Assembly (NCBI GenBank): GCA_963813815.1
Contig: CAWFAD010000007.1
Location: 384,001 to 448,000, forward strand
DNA: 64,000 nt
Direction: 5' to 3'
Origin: an uncultured bacterium
GTDB lineage: Bacteria > Krumholzibacteriota > Krumholzibacteriia > Krumholzibacteriales > Krumholzibacteriaceae
The notes beneath the pieces were generated by a model. The model had not been told where the DNA came from. It ran no database searches and worked only from the letters and a program-made list of their open reading frames with translations. The position numbers and the translations under genes are program-made. Position 1 is the stretch's first letter. Each line of letters opens with the position of its first letter. Positions 9,565 to 18,623 of this stretch are shown here, piece by piece.

Positions 9565-10144
9565 GTCGGTCGGCGTCGTGCGGGCCATGCGAAAGCTCCC
9601 GCGCGGCGCGCGCATCACGATCGAGACGGAGCTCGACGGGCTCGCGCCGGGCGAGAGCGTCGCCGTCGACGGCGTCTGCCAGACGGTGGCCGAAATCGAC
9701 GGAAAACGCTTTTCCTGCGACGTGCTTCCCGAGACCCTGCGCGTGACGACGCTCGGCGCCGCGCGGCCGGGCTCGCGCGTCAACCTCGAGCGCGCGCTCG
9801 GGACGCTCTCGCGGCTCGGCGGCCACGTCGTGAACGGCCACGTCGACGGCACGGGCCGGGTGGCGCGGATCGCGAAAAGGCCGCTCTCGATCGAAATCGC
9901 TCTCGCCCCGGCGCTCCTGCGCTATCTCGTGCCGAAGGGCCCGGTGGCGGTGAACGGCGTGAGCCTCACCGTCGGCCCGGCGATCCGAGGCGGCCGCTTC
10001 ATCGTCTTCATCGTTCCGCACACGTGGGAGCATACGAATCTCCGGGATCTCGCGGCGGGAAGCGCCGTGAACGTCGAAGTGGACATTCTCGCCAAATACG
10101 TCGAACGATTCGCCGACGCGGCGAAGGGGAGTGATCGGTCGTGA
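9545..10144 (+). CDS. ribE: Riboflavin synthase (alpha chain)
   Basis: MFTGLIE N-terminus, [29 protein letters not shown]. Confidence 0.95.
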   Translation: MFTGLIESVGVVRAMRKLPRGARITIETELDGLAPGESVAVDGVCQTVAEIDGKRFSCDVLPETLRVTTLGAARPGSRVNLERALGTLSRLGGHVVNGHVDGTGRVARIAKRPLSIEIALAPALLRYLVPKGPVAVNGVSLTVGPAIRGGRFIVFIVPHTWEHTNLRDLAAGSAVNVEVDILAKYVERFADAAKGSDRS

Positions 10145-11409
10145 GCGTCACGAGCTCCATCGCGAACGCGCTCGAGGAGATCAAAAAGGGTCGCATGGTC
10201 ATCGTCGTCGACGACGAGGACCGGGAGAACGAGGGGGACATCATCATGGCCGCCGAGTTCGCGACCGCCGAGAGCGTCAATTTCATCGCGCGCCACGCGC
10301 GGGGCCTCGTCTGCGTGGCGCTCGAGGGGGAGCGTCTCGACGAGCTCCGTCTCGGACCCATGGTGCAGGAGAACACGGCCAAGCTGCAGACCCACTTCAC
10401 CGTTTCGGTCGATGCCGTGCATGGGACGACGACCGGCATCAGCGCCTACGACCGCGCCGCGACGATCAAGGCCCTCATCGATCCCGTCACGCGCCCGCAC
10501 GATCTCGCGCGGCCCGGCCATGTGTTCCCGCTCCGGGCGGCACGGGGCGGAGTGCTCCGTCGCGCCGGGCACACCGAGGCCGCGGTCGACCTCGCGCGGC
10601 TGGCCGGGCTCAAGCCCGCGGGCGTTCTCTGCGAAATCATGGCCGAGGACGGCACGATGGCGCGCGTTCCGCAGCTCGTCGAGTTCGCGAAGCGGCACGA
10701 TCTCGCGATCGTGACGATCTGCGACCTCATCGAGTACCGGCGCCGCACGGAGAAGCTCGTTCGCCGCGTGGCCGAGGCGAGCCTGCCGACGCGCTACGGC
10801 GAATTCCGCCTCGTCGCGTACGAAGGCTCGCTCGACGGCTCCCAGAGCATCGCCCTCGTGATGGGCGATCCCCGCCGGGACAAGGCGGCGCTCGTGCGGG
10901 TTCATTCGCAGTGCATGACGGGCGACGTCTTCGGATCGCTCCGCTGCGATTGCGGCGATCAGCTCGGCGAGGCGCTGCGCATCATCGCCGCCGAGGAGAG
11001 CGGCGTGTTTCTCTACATCCAGCAGGAAGGCCGCGGGATCGGGCTCGTGAACAAAGTGCGCGCCTACGCCCTGCAGGACACGGGACAGGACACCGTCGAG
11101 GCGAACGCGGCTCTCGGTTTCCCCGCAGACCTTCGCGACTACGGCATCGGCGCCCAGATACTCGCCGATCTCGGCCTCCACGAGATACGGCTCCTCACGA
11201 ACAACCCGCGCAAGATCATCGGGCTTCGAGCGTACGGGCTCGAGATCGTCGAGCGGGTACCCATCGAGATACCGCCGAACAAGCGAAACCTGCGCTATCT
11301 CATGGCCAAGCGCGACAAGCTCGGCCATATCTTCACGATCCTCGACGAAGCTGAAACCGCGCAGAGCGGCGCTCCCGCCGCGAGAAAGGAAGAGAGCGAT
11401 GGTTCATGA
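10141..11409 (+). CDS. ribBA: DHBP synthase / GTP cyclohydrolase II
   Basis: [52 protein letters not shown]. Confidence 0.97.
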   Translation: MSVTSSIANALEEIKKGRMVIVVDDEDRENEGDIIMAAEFATAESVNFIARHARGLVCVALEGERLDELRLGPMVQENTAKLQTHFTVSVDAVHGTTTGISAYDRAATIKALIDPVTRPHDLARPGHVFPLRAARGGVLRRAGHTEAAVDLARLAGLKPAGVLCEIMAEDGTMARVPQLVEFAKRHDLAIVTICDLIEYRRRTEKLVRRVAEASLPTRYGEFRLVAYEGSLDGSQSIALVMGDPRRDKAALVRVHSQCMTGDVFGSLRCDCGDQLGEALRIIAAEESGVFLYIQQEGRGIGLVNKVRAYALQDTGQDTVEANAALGFPADLRDYGIGAQILADLGLHEIRLLTNNPRKIIGLRAYGLEIVERVPIEIPPNKRNLRYLMAKRDKLGHIFTILDEAETAQSGAPAARKEESDGS

Positions 11410-11866
11410 AAAAGCGGGGCACCTCACCGGTGCCGGCAAGAGCTTCGCCATCGTTATCGGGCGTTTCAACGAGCTCGTCTCCGGGCGTCTGCTCGAAGGC
11501 GCGATCGATTGCCTCGTCCGGCACGACGTCGCGGAGAAGGACATCACGGTCTACTGGGTTCCCGGCTCGTTCGAGATTCCGCAGGCCGCGAAACGCGCGG
11601 CGGGGACGGGCGTCGACGCCGTGATTTGTCTCGGAGCGCTCATCCGGGGGGATACGGCTCATTTCGACATTCTCGCGCACCAGGCGGTGCGCGACATTTC
11701 CGGGGTGGCGCTCGAGACGGGCAAGCCCGTCTCCTTCGGCATCATCGCGGCCGACACGCAGGAGCAGGCGCTCGAGCGCGCGGGCAGCAAGTCGGGCAAC
11801 AAGGGATGGCACGCGGCCCTCTCGGCGCTCGAGATGGCGAGTCTCTGGAAAACGATGAAGAAGTAG
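11399..11866 (+). CDS. ribH: 6,7-dimethyl-8-ribityllumazine synthase
   Basis: [36 protein letters not shown]. Confidence 0.96.
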   Translation: MVHEKAGHLTGAGKSFAIVIGRFNELVSGRLLEGAIDCLVRHDVAEKDITVYWVPGSFEIPQAAKRAAGTGVDAVICLGALIRGDTAHFDILAHQAVRDISGVALETGKPVSFGIIAADTQEQALERAGSKSGNKGWHAALSALEMASLWKTMKK

Positions 11867-11882
11867 GAAAGGCGCCGGTCTC

Positions 11883-12293
11883 ATGAGCCGCAGGCGAAAA
11901 GCGCGCGAGATAGCGCTCCAAGCGCTCTACACCGAGGAGGTGTCCGGCGCCGATTGGCGCGCGGCTCTCCGCGACAACATTGAGCGGCGCAAGCCCTCGG
12001 CCGAGGTGGTCGAGTACGCGGAGCGGCTCGTCGAGAACGTCGTCGGCGACAAGGCCGGGCTCGACGAGCGCATCGGGGCCAAGCTCGTGAACTGGGAGCT
12101 CGGCCGCGTGTCGATCGTGGACAAGACGATCCTGCGCATCGCCCTCTCCGAGCTCCAGCATTGCCCGGAGGTTCCGACGAACGTCATCCTGAACGAGGCG
12201 ATCGAAATCGCCCGGAACTTCAGCTCGGCGGATGCGGGGCGGTTCGTGAACGGCATCCTCGACGCCCTCGCGCGGGAGGTCCGCGGGAGTTGA
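11883..12293 (+). CDS. nusB: Transcription antitermination factor NusB
   Basis: RRRKAREIALQALY, VDKTILR, NEAIEIA, FVNGILD; follows ribH. Confidence 0.96.
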   Translation: MSRRRKAREIALQALYTEEVSGADWRAALRDNIERRKPSAEVVEYAERLVENVVGDKAGLDERIGAKLVNWELGRVSIVDKTILRIALSELQHCPEVPTNVILNEAIEIARNFSSADAGRFVNGILDALAREVRGS

Positions 12294-13021
12294 AGGTCTT
12301 CGTAGCTTCCGACGTGCACGGGAACATCAGGGCGCTCGGCGCGGTTCTCGCGATCTATCGCCGGGAGTATCCGTGCGAATTTCTCTTTCTCGGCGACGCC
12401 GTCGGGTACGGGGCCCATCCCGACGCCTGCCTCGACGTCATTCTCAACCTTCCGCGCGCGCGGCTCGTCCTCGGCAACCACGACGCGGCGCTGATCGAGG
12501 AGGGAAAGAGGCCCGATATGAACGAGGTCGCCGCCGAAGCGATCGAGTGGACGCGGCGGCACGTCGACGAACGGTACCGCGAGGCGATTCGGAGCCGGTT
12601 CCGTCTGTCGGTCGAGGAGGAGTCGTACGTCGCCGCTCACGGCTCGCCGCATCGTCCCGAGGAATGGGTGTACCTGCTGTCGCCCCTCGAAGCGGGACAG
12701 GCGTTCCTCTCGGAGGGATTCCGGGTCTGTTTCGTCGGACACACGCATTCGCCGGCCGCGTTCGACTCGGGCGGCGGCCGGCTTCCGTTCGCCGAGGACG
12801 CTCCGATCGCGCTCGAGGAGGGGAGCCGCTATATCTTCAATCCGGGGAGCGTGGGCCAGCCCCGGGACGGCGATCCGCGCGCGGCGTTTCTCCTCTACGA
12901 TACGAAAGCGGGAACCGTGACGCTCCGCCGGTGTGCATACGATATCGAGGCGGAGGCGAAGGACATCATCGCCGCGGGTCTTCCCGCGGTCCTCGCCGAA
13001 CGGCTGTATCTCGGCGCGTAG
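12290..13021 (+). CDS. Calcineurin-like metallophosphoesterase
   Basis: SDVHGN, LGDAVGYG, GNHD, HGSP, GHTH, NPGSVGQPRDG; TTG start overlaps nusB stop. Confidence 0.9.
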   Translation: MKVFVASDVHGNIRALGAVLAIYRREYPCEFLFLGDAVGYGAHPDACLDVILNLPRARLVLGNHDAALIEEGKRPDMNEVAAEAIEWTRRHVDERYREAIRSRFRLSVEEESYVAAHGSPHRPEEWVYLLSPLEAGQAFLSEGFRVCFVGHTHSPAAFDSGGGRLPFAEDAPIALEEGSRYIFNPGSVGQPRDGDPRAAFLLYDTKAGTVTLRRCAYDIEAEAKDIIAAGLPAVLAERLYLGA

Positions 13022-13036
13022 CGGAGGGAGCGTTCC

Positions 13037-13804
13037 ATGACGCCGGTATCCGAAAAGAAGCACTGGGACCGGTTCTGGACCGGCGCCGGAGAGGCTGAAG
13101 ATGTCTACTCGAACGAGGGGCGCGTAGCGGAGCGCCTCTCGCGCGCCCTGCCGCTCGAGGGAAAGCTCGTGCTCGAGGTGGGGGCGGGAACGGGACGGGA
13201 CGCTCTCGATCTCGCCCGCCGCGGCTCCCGGGCGGTGGCGCTCGACTACAGCCAGGCGAGCCTGCGTCTCATCCGATCGCAGCTCGCCGCCGGCGCCGGC
13301 GCGAGCCTCGTCTGCGGCGACGCCTTCGCGCTCCCCTTCCCGGACGAAACCTTCGACGTCGTGTTTCACCAGGGGCTCCTCGAGCACTTCCGGAACCCGG
13401 ACGACCTCATCGCGGAAAACGCGCGGGTGCTGAGGCGCGGGGGAATCATGCTCGTCGACGTGCCGCAGCGGTACCACTACTACACGATCGTCAAGCACGT
13501 CCTCATCGCCATGAACCGCTGGTTCGCCGGCTGGGAACGCGAGTATTCGGTGGGAGAGCTCGAGCGCATGCTGGAGCGGCACGGATTCTCCGTCGTCGAG
13601 AGCTACGGAGAGTGGTTCGATCCGCCGATATGGTATAGAATGCTGCGTCGTTCGCTGAGGCCGGCGGGCGTGTCGCTTCCGATGTATCCGAGGCTTTTCC
13701 GGGCGATGTCCCGCGCTCTCGCGGGGCCGCGGCGATGGCTGCTCGAGCGGCGGCCTGCGCTCTACACGACGGTCATCGTTGGGACCGTCGCCCGCAAGAG
13801 ATAG
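13037..13804 (+). CDS. Class I SAM-dependent methyltransferase
   Basis: VLEVGAGTG, GDAFALPFPDETFDVV, LLEH, RVLRRGG. Confidence 0.9.
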   Translation: MTPVSEKKHWDRFWTGAGEAEDVYSNEGRVAERLSRALPLEGKLVLEVGAGTGRDALDLARRGSRAVALDYSQASLRLIRSQLAAGAGASLVCGDAFALPFPDETFDVVFHQGLLEHFRNPDDLIAENARVLRRGGIMLVDVPQRYHYYTIVKHVLIAMNRWFAGWEREYSVGELERMLERHGFSVVESYGEWFDPPIWYRMLRRSLRPAGVSLPMYPRLFRAMSRALAGPRRWLLERRPALYTTVIVGTVARKR

Positions 13805-13845
13805 CGCGCCCCCCGGCGGCGGCGGGAGCGGGAATACGGAGACGG

Positions 13846-14976
13846 ATGAGAATCTGCGCGGTGAACTGGCGCGACATCGCGAACCCGGAAGCGGGCGGGG
13901 CCGAGGTCCATCTGCACGAGATCCTCTCGCGCATCGCGGGCTGGGGTCACGAGGCGACGCAGATGAGCGCCGGTTGGCCGGGTTGCCGCCCCGAGGAGAC
14001 GATCGACGGCGTCAGGGTGCTTCGACGAGGAGCGTGGTTCGACGCCAACTTTGCGCTGCCGCTTTTCGCGCGGCGGCATTTCCAACGAGAGCGCTACGAC
14101 GTCGTTCTCGAGGACATCAACAAGCTTCCGTTCTTCATGCCGCTCGTCGCGAGGGCCCCGGTCGTAGCCGTGGTGCCGCACCTGTTCGGCACGACCGCTT
14201 TCCGGGAGGCGAATCCCGCGATCGCCTCGTATGTCTGGCTGCTCGAGCGGTTCATACCGGTCGTGTTCAAACGAAACGAGTTCATGGTCATCAGCCCGAG
14301 CACGAAGGACGATCTCGTCGCGAGAGGCGTCGATCCCCGCCGCGTCACCGTCGTTCTCTGCGGGCTCGATCATGGACGCTACCGCGATCTCGGGCTCGAG
14401 CGCTTCCCCGACCCCGTCATCGTGCACCTCGGGCGACTGCGCAAGTACAAGAGCGTGGAGGTGGCGCTGCGGGCGATGACGCGCGTCCGGGAGCGCCTGC
14501 CCTCGGCGAGGCTCGTCGTCGTCGGCGATGGGCCGCATCGCCCCGCCCTCGAGCGCGAGGCGGAACGGCTCGGTCTCGGCGGGGCGGTGGAGTTCCGCGG
14601 CTACCTCCGCGGCGACGAGCTCGTCGAGCTGCTCAACCGGGCGCATCTCGTCGTCAATCCGAGTCCGAAGGAAGGGTGGGGGCTCACGGTCGTCGAGGCG
14701 GGGGCGTGCGGCGTCCCCGTGGTCGCGAGCGACCGTCCGGGGCTCCGCGATTCCGTCCGTCACGGCGAGACGGGGTTGCTCGTTCCGTACGGGGACGTCG
14801 AGGCGTTCGCCGCCGCGTCGATCCGGATTCTCGAGGACCGGGCTCTCAGGGAAAGGCTCGGGCGCGGCGCCGTGGAGCGCGTGAAGGAGCTCACGTGGGA
14901 GCGCTGCGCGCGCGAAACGCTCACCGTCCTCGATCGGGTCGCGGGGGCGCCGGCCCCGGAGGAGGGACGTCCATGA
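13846..14976 (+). CDS. Glycosyltransferase family 4
   Basis: NWRDIANPEAGGAE, LGRLRKYK, EGWGLTVVEA. Confidence 0.92.
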   Translation: MRICAVNWRDIANPEAGGAEVHLHEILSRIAGWGHEATQMSAGWPGCRPEETIDGVRVLRRGAWFDANFALPLFARRHFQRERYDVVLEDINKLPFFMPLVARAPVVAVVPHLFGTTAFREANPAIASYVWLLERFIPVVFKRNEFMVISPSTKDDLVARGVDPRRVTVVLCGLDHGRYRDLGLERFPDPVIVHLGRLRKYKSVEVALRAMTRVRERLPSARLVVVGDGPHRPALEREAERLGLGGAVEFRGYLRGDELVELLNRAHLVVNPSPKEGWGLTVVEAGACGVPVVASDRPGLRDSVRHGETGLLVPYGDVEAFAAASIRILEDRALRERLGRGAVERVKELTWERCARETLTVLDRVAGAPAPEEGRP

Positions 14977-15968
14977 ACGCGAGAAAGCGGCTGCTGCAGG
15001 CGTTCAAGATCGCGGTCAGCGTGGGGCTCATCGCGTTTCTGCTGCGGAGGCTGTCTCCCGAGGACGTGCTGTCGAATCTGAGAAATCTCTCCGCCGCCCC
15101 GCTCGTCGCGGCGACGGCGATATTCTTCGTGAGCGTCGCGCTCGGGGCGTGGCAGTGGCACCGCCTGCTCCGCGCGGGAGGCATCGCGCTCCCCTTCGGG
15201 AGAACCTTCCGTTTCTACTTCATCGGCATCTTCTTCAACAACTTTCTGCCGGCGGGCGTCGGTGGGGACGTCGTGAAGATCTACGACGTGACGAAGATCG
15301 GAAACGATCCCTACCAAGTCTTCGCCACGACGATCCTCGACCGCGTCATCGGCATCGCGGGGCTCTGCGTCCTCGCGCTCGCGGCCTCCCTGACGCTGCT
15401 CGCGGGGGAAGGCCTCGAGCACCTCGGTCTCTACGCGCTCATCTTCGCGGGGTGCATGGCGCCGCTCCTCGCGCTCATCCTCAACCGGCGCCTCTCGAGG
15501 GGCGTGCGCACCCTCTTCGGCCGGATCTCGCTCTGGGGGCTCGGGCCCCGCTTCGACGCTCTCTTTAGGCGTCTCGGCGAGTACCGGCGCGTCCGTTCCC
15601 TCCTCGCCGGCCTCACGGGGCTCGCCGTGGCCGTTCAGTTTCTGCGCGTCGTCACGCACGTGCTCGTCGCGCGGGCTCTCGGGATCGACGTGACGCCGCT
15701 CGCCTTCGTGCAGTTCTTCGTTTTCGTTCCGCTCCTCGGGCTGCTCATGGTGGTCCCGATCTCGATCAACGGGCTCGGCGTGCGCGAGGGAGCCGGGATA
15801 CTGCTCTTTTCGCAGATCGGATTCTCGAGCGAGCAGGCGCTGCTCATGGAGCTCATCACCTACGCGATTATGGTCGTCGTGAGCCTCCTCGGCGGGGTAT
15901 ACTTTCTCCAGAGGCATCTCGAACGTTTGGGCGCGACCGAAAGGAATGGGGCTGGCGGACATGTCTGA
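14973..15968 (+). CDS. LPG-synthase-TM / flippase-like membrane protein
   Basis: Polytopic; FFNNFLPAGVGGDVVK, LDRVIG, PISINGLGVRE. Confidence 0.85.
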   Translation: MNARKRLLQAFKIAVSVGLIAFLLRRLSPEDVLSNLRNLSAAPLVAATAIFFVSVALGAWQWHRLLRAGGIALPFGRTFRFYFIGIFFNNFLPAGVGGDVVKIYDVTKIGNDPYQVFATTILDRVIGIAGLCVLALAASLTLLAGEGLEHLGLYALIFAGCMAPLLALILNRRLSRGVRTLFGRISLWGLGPRFDALFRRLGEYRRVRSLLAGLTGLAVAVQFLRVVTHVLVARALGIDVTPLAFVQFFVFVPLLGLLMVVPISINGLGVREGAGILLFSQIGFSSEQALLMELITYAIMVVVSLLGGVYFLQRHLERLGATERNGAGGHV

Positions 15969-18483
15969 CAAGCGTCTTCAGCTGGTGCTAGCGCTGGTGG
16001 TGTTCATCGTGCCGTTTGTCGTCTATTTTTTGACGATGGCGGCGACGGTGTCGTTCTGGGACAGCGGCGAGTTCATAGCGACGAGCTACATACTGGGGAT
16101 ACCGCATTCGCCGGGGACGCCGCTGTACGTGCTGGTGGGGCGGGTGTTCACGATGCTGCCGTTGCCGCTGTCGATTGCGGAGCGAGTGAACCTGCTGTCG
16201 GTGGTGTTTTCGGCGCTGGCGTCGATGATGGTGTATCTGATCGTGACGGCGACGGTGCGGTTCATGTATCCGGCGCTGAAGGGCGGGATGGGGCGGTTCA
16301 TGGTGCACGCGGGGGGGTTGACGGGTGCGTTTTTTCTTGCGTTCAGCACGACGTTTTGGTGGGACGCGACGGAGGCGGAGGTATACGCGCTGAGCTCGTT
16401 CGTGATGGGGCTGTGCACGTGGCTGGCTCTCTCGTGGTATCGCAACCCCGCGGGGCACGCGGCGGTGGCGGACGGGGGGAAGGCGGTCGAGATCGAGGAG
16501 GTTCAGGAGCGCCGGCACGCGCGGGGGCTCGTGTATCTCATCGTGTATCTGCTGGCGCTGGGGATCGGGTTTCACCTGGGGACGATTCTGGTGTTCGGCG
16601 GCATATTTCTGCTGTTTTTGCTCGTGAAGGAGAAGGCGTTTTCGAACGCGGAGCTCATCATCTTCACCTTCGGTTTGGCGGTGCTGCTGGCGGACATGAC
16701 GCTGTACCGCAGCTCGGCGGCGACGGTCGTGGGGCTGCTGGTGTTCGCGGCGCTGGTCGTGTGGGCGACGAAGGCGCGGGGGCGGTTCGCGCTGGCGTCG
16801 ACGGGGCTTTTGGCGCTCGGTTTGTCGGTGCACCTCTATCTCTACATTCGTTCGCATCTCGATCCGGGGATCGACATGGTCGATCCGGAGACGTGGAAGG
16901 CGATGTACGCGCATCTGCGCCGGGAGCAGTATCCGCCGATCAACGTGCTCGAGCGGAAGGCGTCGCTGGCGTTTCAGCTGAGGCACTTCGGCGGGTATTT
17001 TCGCGAGCAGTTCCGGATGACGGGGGACGCGTACGTCGGGCCGTTCAACGCGGGGCAGGCGCTGACGGCGATTCCGGTGGCGCTCGGGTTTTTGGGGATC
17101 GCGGCGAACTGGGTGCGGGAGCGGCGGACGTGGGCGCTCAACTTCGCGAACCTGGCGATCAACTCGGCGGGGCTCTTGGTGTTTTTGAACTTCAGCGCGA
17201 GCGAGGTGCGTGAGCGGGATTATTTTTACGGTCCGGCGTTTTACTTTTTCGCGGTGTTCATCGGGATCGGGGCCTCGTGGCTGCTCGTGACGGTCGCCGA
17301 GTGGGCCGAGCGGCGGCGGGCGGAGCGGTTCGGGTACGTGGTGCCGGTCGGAGCCCTCTGCATCGTCCTCTCGCTCCTCCCCATCCGCCACAACTGGTGG
17401 ACCCACGACCGGTCGGAGCACTATTTCGCCGAAGACTACGGTCGCAACATGCTGGGGAGCCTCGAGTCAGGGGCGATCCTCTTCACCTACGGCGACAACG
17501 ACACGTATCCGCTCTGGTATCTGCAGAACGTCGAGCGGTTCCGGACCGACGTGCGGATCGCGAACCTGAGCCTCCTCCACACGGACTGGTACATCAAGCA
17601 GCTCCGCGACCGGGAGCCGAAGGTGCCCATCGCCTACACCGACGAGGAGATCGAGAACCTCCGCCCCGTTGCCCTCAAGGGAGGCGGCATCGCCTGGCGG
17701 AACGACCTCATGGTGCAGCACATCATCAACGAAACCGCGTGGAAGCGCCCGATCTATTTCTCGACGGGTGCCGCCTTCGAGTCATGGAAGCCGTACGCCG
17801 AATATCTCGAGATGGAGGGCCTCGCCCGCAGGCTCGTTCCGCGGCAGGGATCGAACCAGGTGAACGCCGCCATACTCGAGCGCAATCTCAGCGAGATATT
17901 CGCCTATCGAGGGGTCGTCGATCGCGACTGGCGTCCCGACAACTCGATCTACCGCGAAAAGGATTTCCGGTTCGTTCTCAACAACTACGCCGTCGCCATG
18001 CTGCAGCTCGCCGGCGTCAGGGCGAGCGAGCGCGATTTCGCGGGGGGGGCGCTGTGGGTGGAGCGCGCGCTGCTCTTCGAACCGGAGCTCAAGCCCGGCA
18101 AGGAAATTCTCGGAACGTACTACGCGCTCGGCGGCGACGTGGCGAGCGGCATCGCCTACTACGACAGCCTCGTGAAAGCGGAGCCCGCGACGGGCGAGTA
18201 CTGGCTTCGCTACGCGCGGCTTCTGGCCATCGAGGGGCGGACGGATCTCGCGCTCGCCACGGTCGACGAGGGTATCGCGGGCCTTCCCGAGTTCCGCCAG
18301 CTCTACATCGAGGGGTTCCAGCACGCCGCGCGCGCCGGGCTCGCCGACACGGCGCGAAGCTACATCGAGCGCTGGCTCGAAAAGCACCCCGACGACAACG
18401 AGTTCTCGGCGACGCTGCGCGACTTCGGCGCGATCATGGAGGAGGCGCGGCGGGCGGCCTCCGCTCCCCGCGACGGGAGCTAG
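15961..18483 (+). CDS. DUF2723 / TMEM260-like GT-C protein with C-terminal TPR-like region, copy 1
   Basis: FWDSGEF, GIPHSPGTPLY, EAEVY, LRREQY, VRERDYFY, GDNDTYPLWY; start set by homology to copy 2 (alternative 15946). Confidence 0.88.
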   Translation: MSDKRLQLVLALVVFIVPFVVYFLTMAATVSFWDSGEFIATSYILGIPHSPGTPLYVLVGRVFTMLPLPLSIAERVNLLSVVFSALASMMVYLIVTATVRFMYPALKGGMGRFMVHAGGLTGAFFLAFSTTFWWDATEAEVYALSSFVMGLCTWLALSWYRNPAGHAAVADGGKAVEIEEVQERRHARGLVYLIVYLLALGIGFHLGTILVFGGIFLLFLLVKEKAFSNAELIIFTFGLAVLLADMTLYRSSAATVVGLLVFAALVVWATKARGRFALASTGLLALGLSVHLYLYIRSHLDPGIDMVDPETWKAMYAHLRREQYPPINVLERKASLAFQLRHFGGYFREQFRMTGDAYVGPFNAGQALTAIPVALGFLGIAANWVRERRTWALNFANLAINSAGLLVFLNFSASEVRERDYFYGPAFYFFAVFIGIGASWLLVTVAEWAERRRAERFGYVVPVGALCIVLSLLPIRHNWWTHDRSEHYFAEDYGRNMLGSLESGAILFTYGDNDTYPLWYLQNVERFRTDVRIANLSLLHTDWYIKQLRDREPKVPIAYTDEEIENLRPVALKGGGIAWRNDLMVQHIINETAWKRPIYFSTGAAFESWKPYAEYLEMEGLARRLVPRQGSNQVNAAILERNLSEIFAYRGVVDRDWRPDNSIYREKDFRFVLNNYAVAMLQLAGVRASERDFAGGALWVERALLFEPELKPGKEILGTYYALGGDVASGIAYYDSLVKAEPATGEYWLRYARLLAIEGRTDLALATVDEGIAGLPEFRQLYIEGFQHAARAGLADTARSYIERWLEKHPDDNEFSATLRDFGAIMEEARRAASAPRDGS
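15967..17417 (+). repeat. ~1.45 kb direct repeat, copy A (pairs with 18630-20080)
   Basis: Offset 2663; coding-frame and off-frame ORF translations identical in both copies; further identical blocks 17491-17555/20154-20218 and 17581-17700/20244-20363. Confidence 0.93.
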
Positions 18484-18546
18484 CCCGGTTGCGCCCGAAG
18501 CCCCGCGCCGCCCGGCGGGTCCGGCCCCGCCCGCCCCAGAAAATGC

Positions 18547-18575
18547 TTCCAAATAACGCGGAGTTTTTGTAGTTT
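18547..18575 (+). promoter_or_regulatory. Putative internal promoter for DUF2723 copy 2
   Basis: TTCCAA, N17, TAGTTT in an AT-rich patch of the 140-bp intergenic gap. Confidence 0.45.
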
Positions 18576-18623
18576 TAACGAGTTCCGACATCTCCGGAAC
18601 TCCGTCATCGAGGTGCGATCGGT

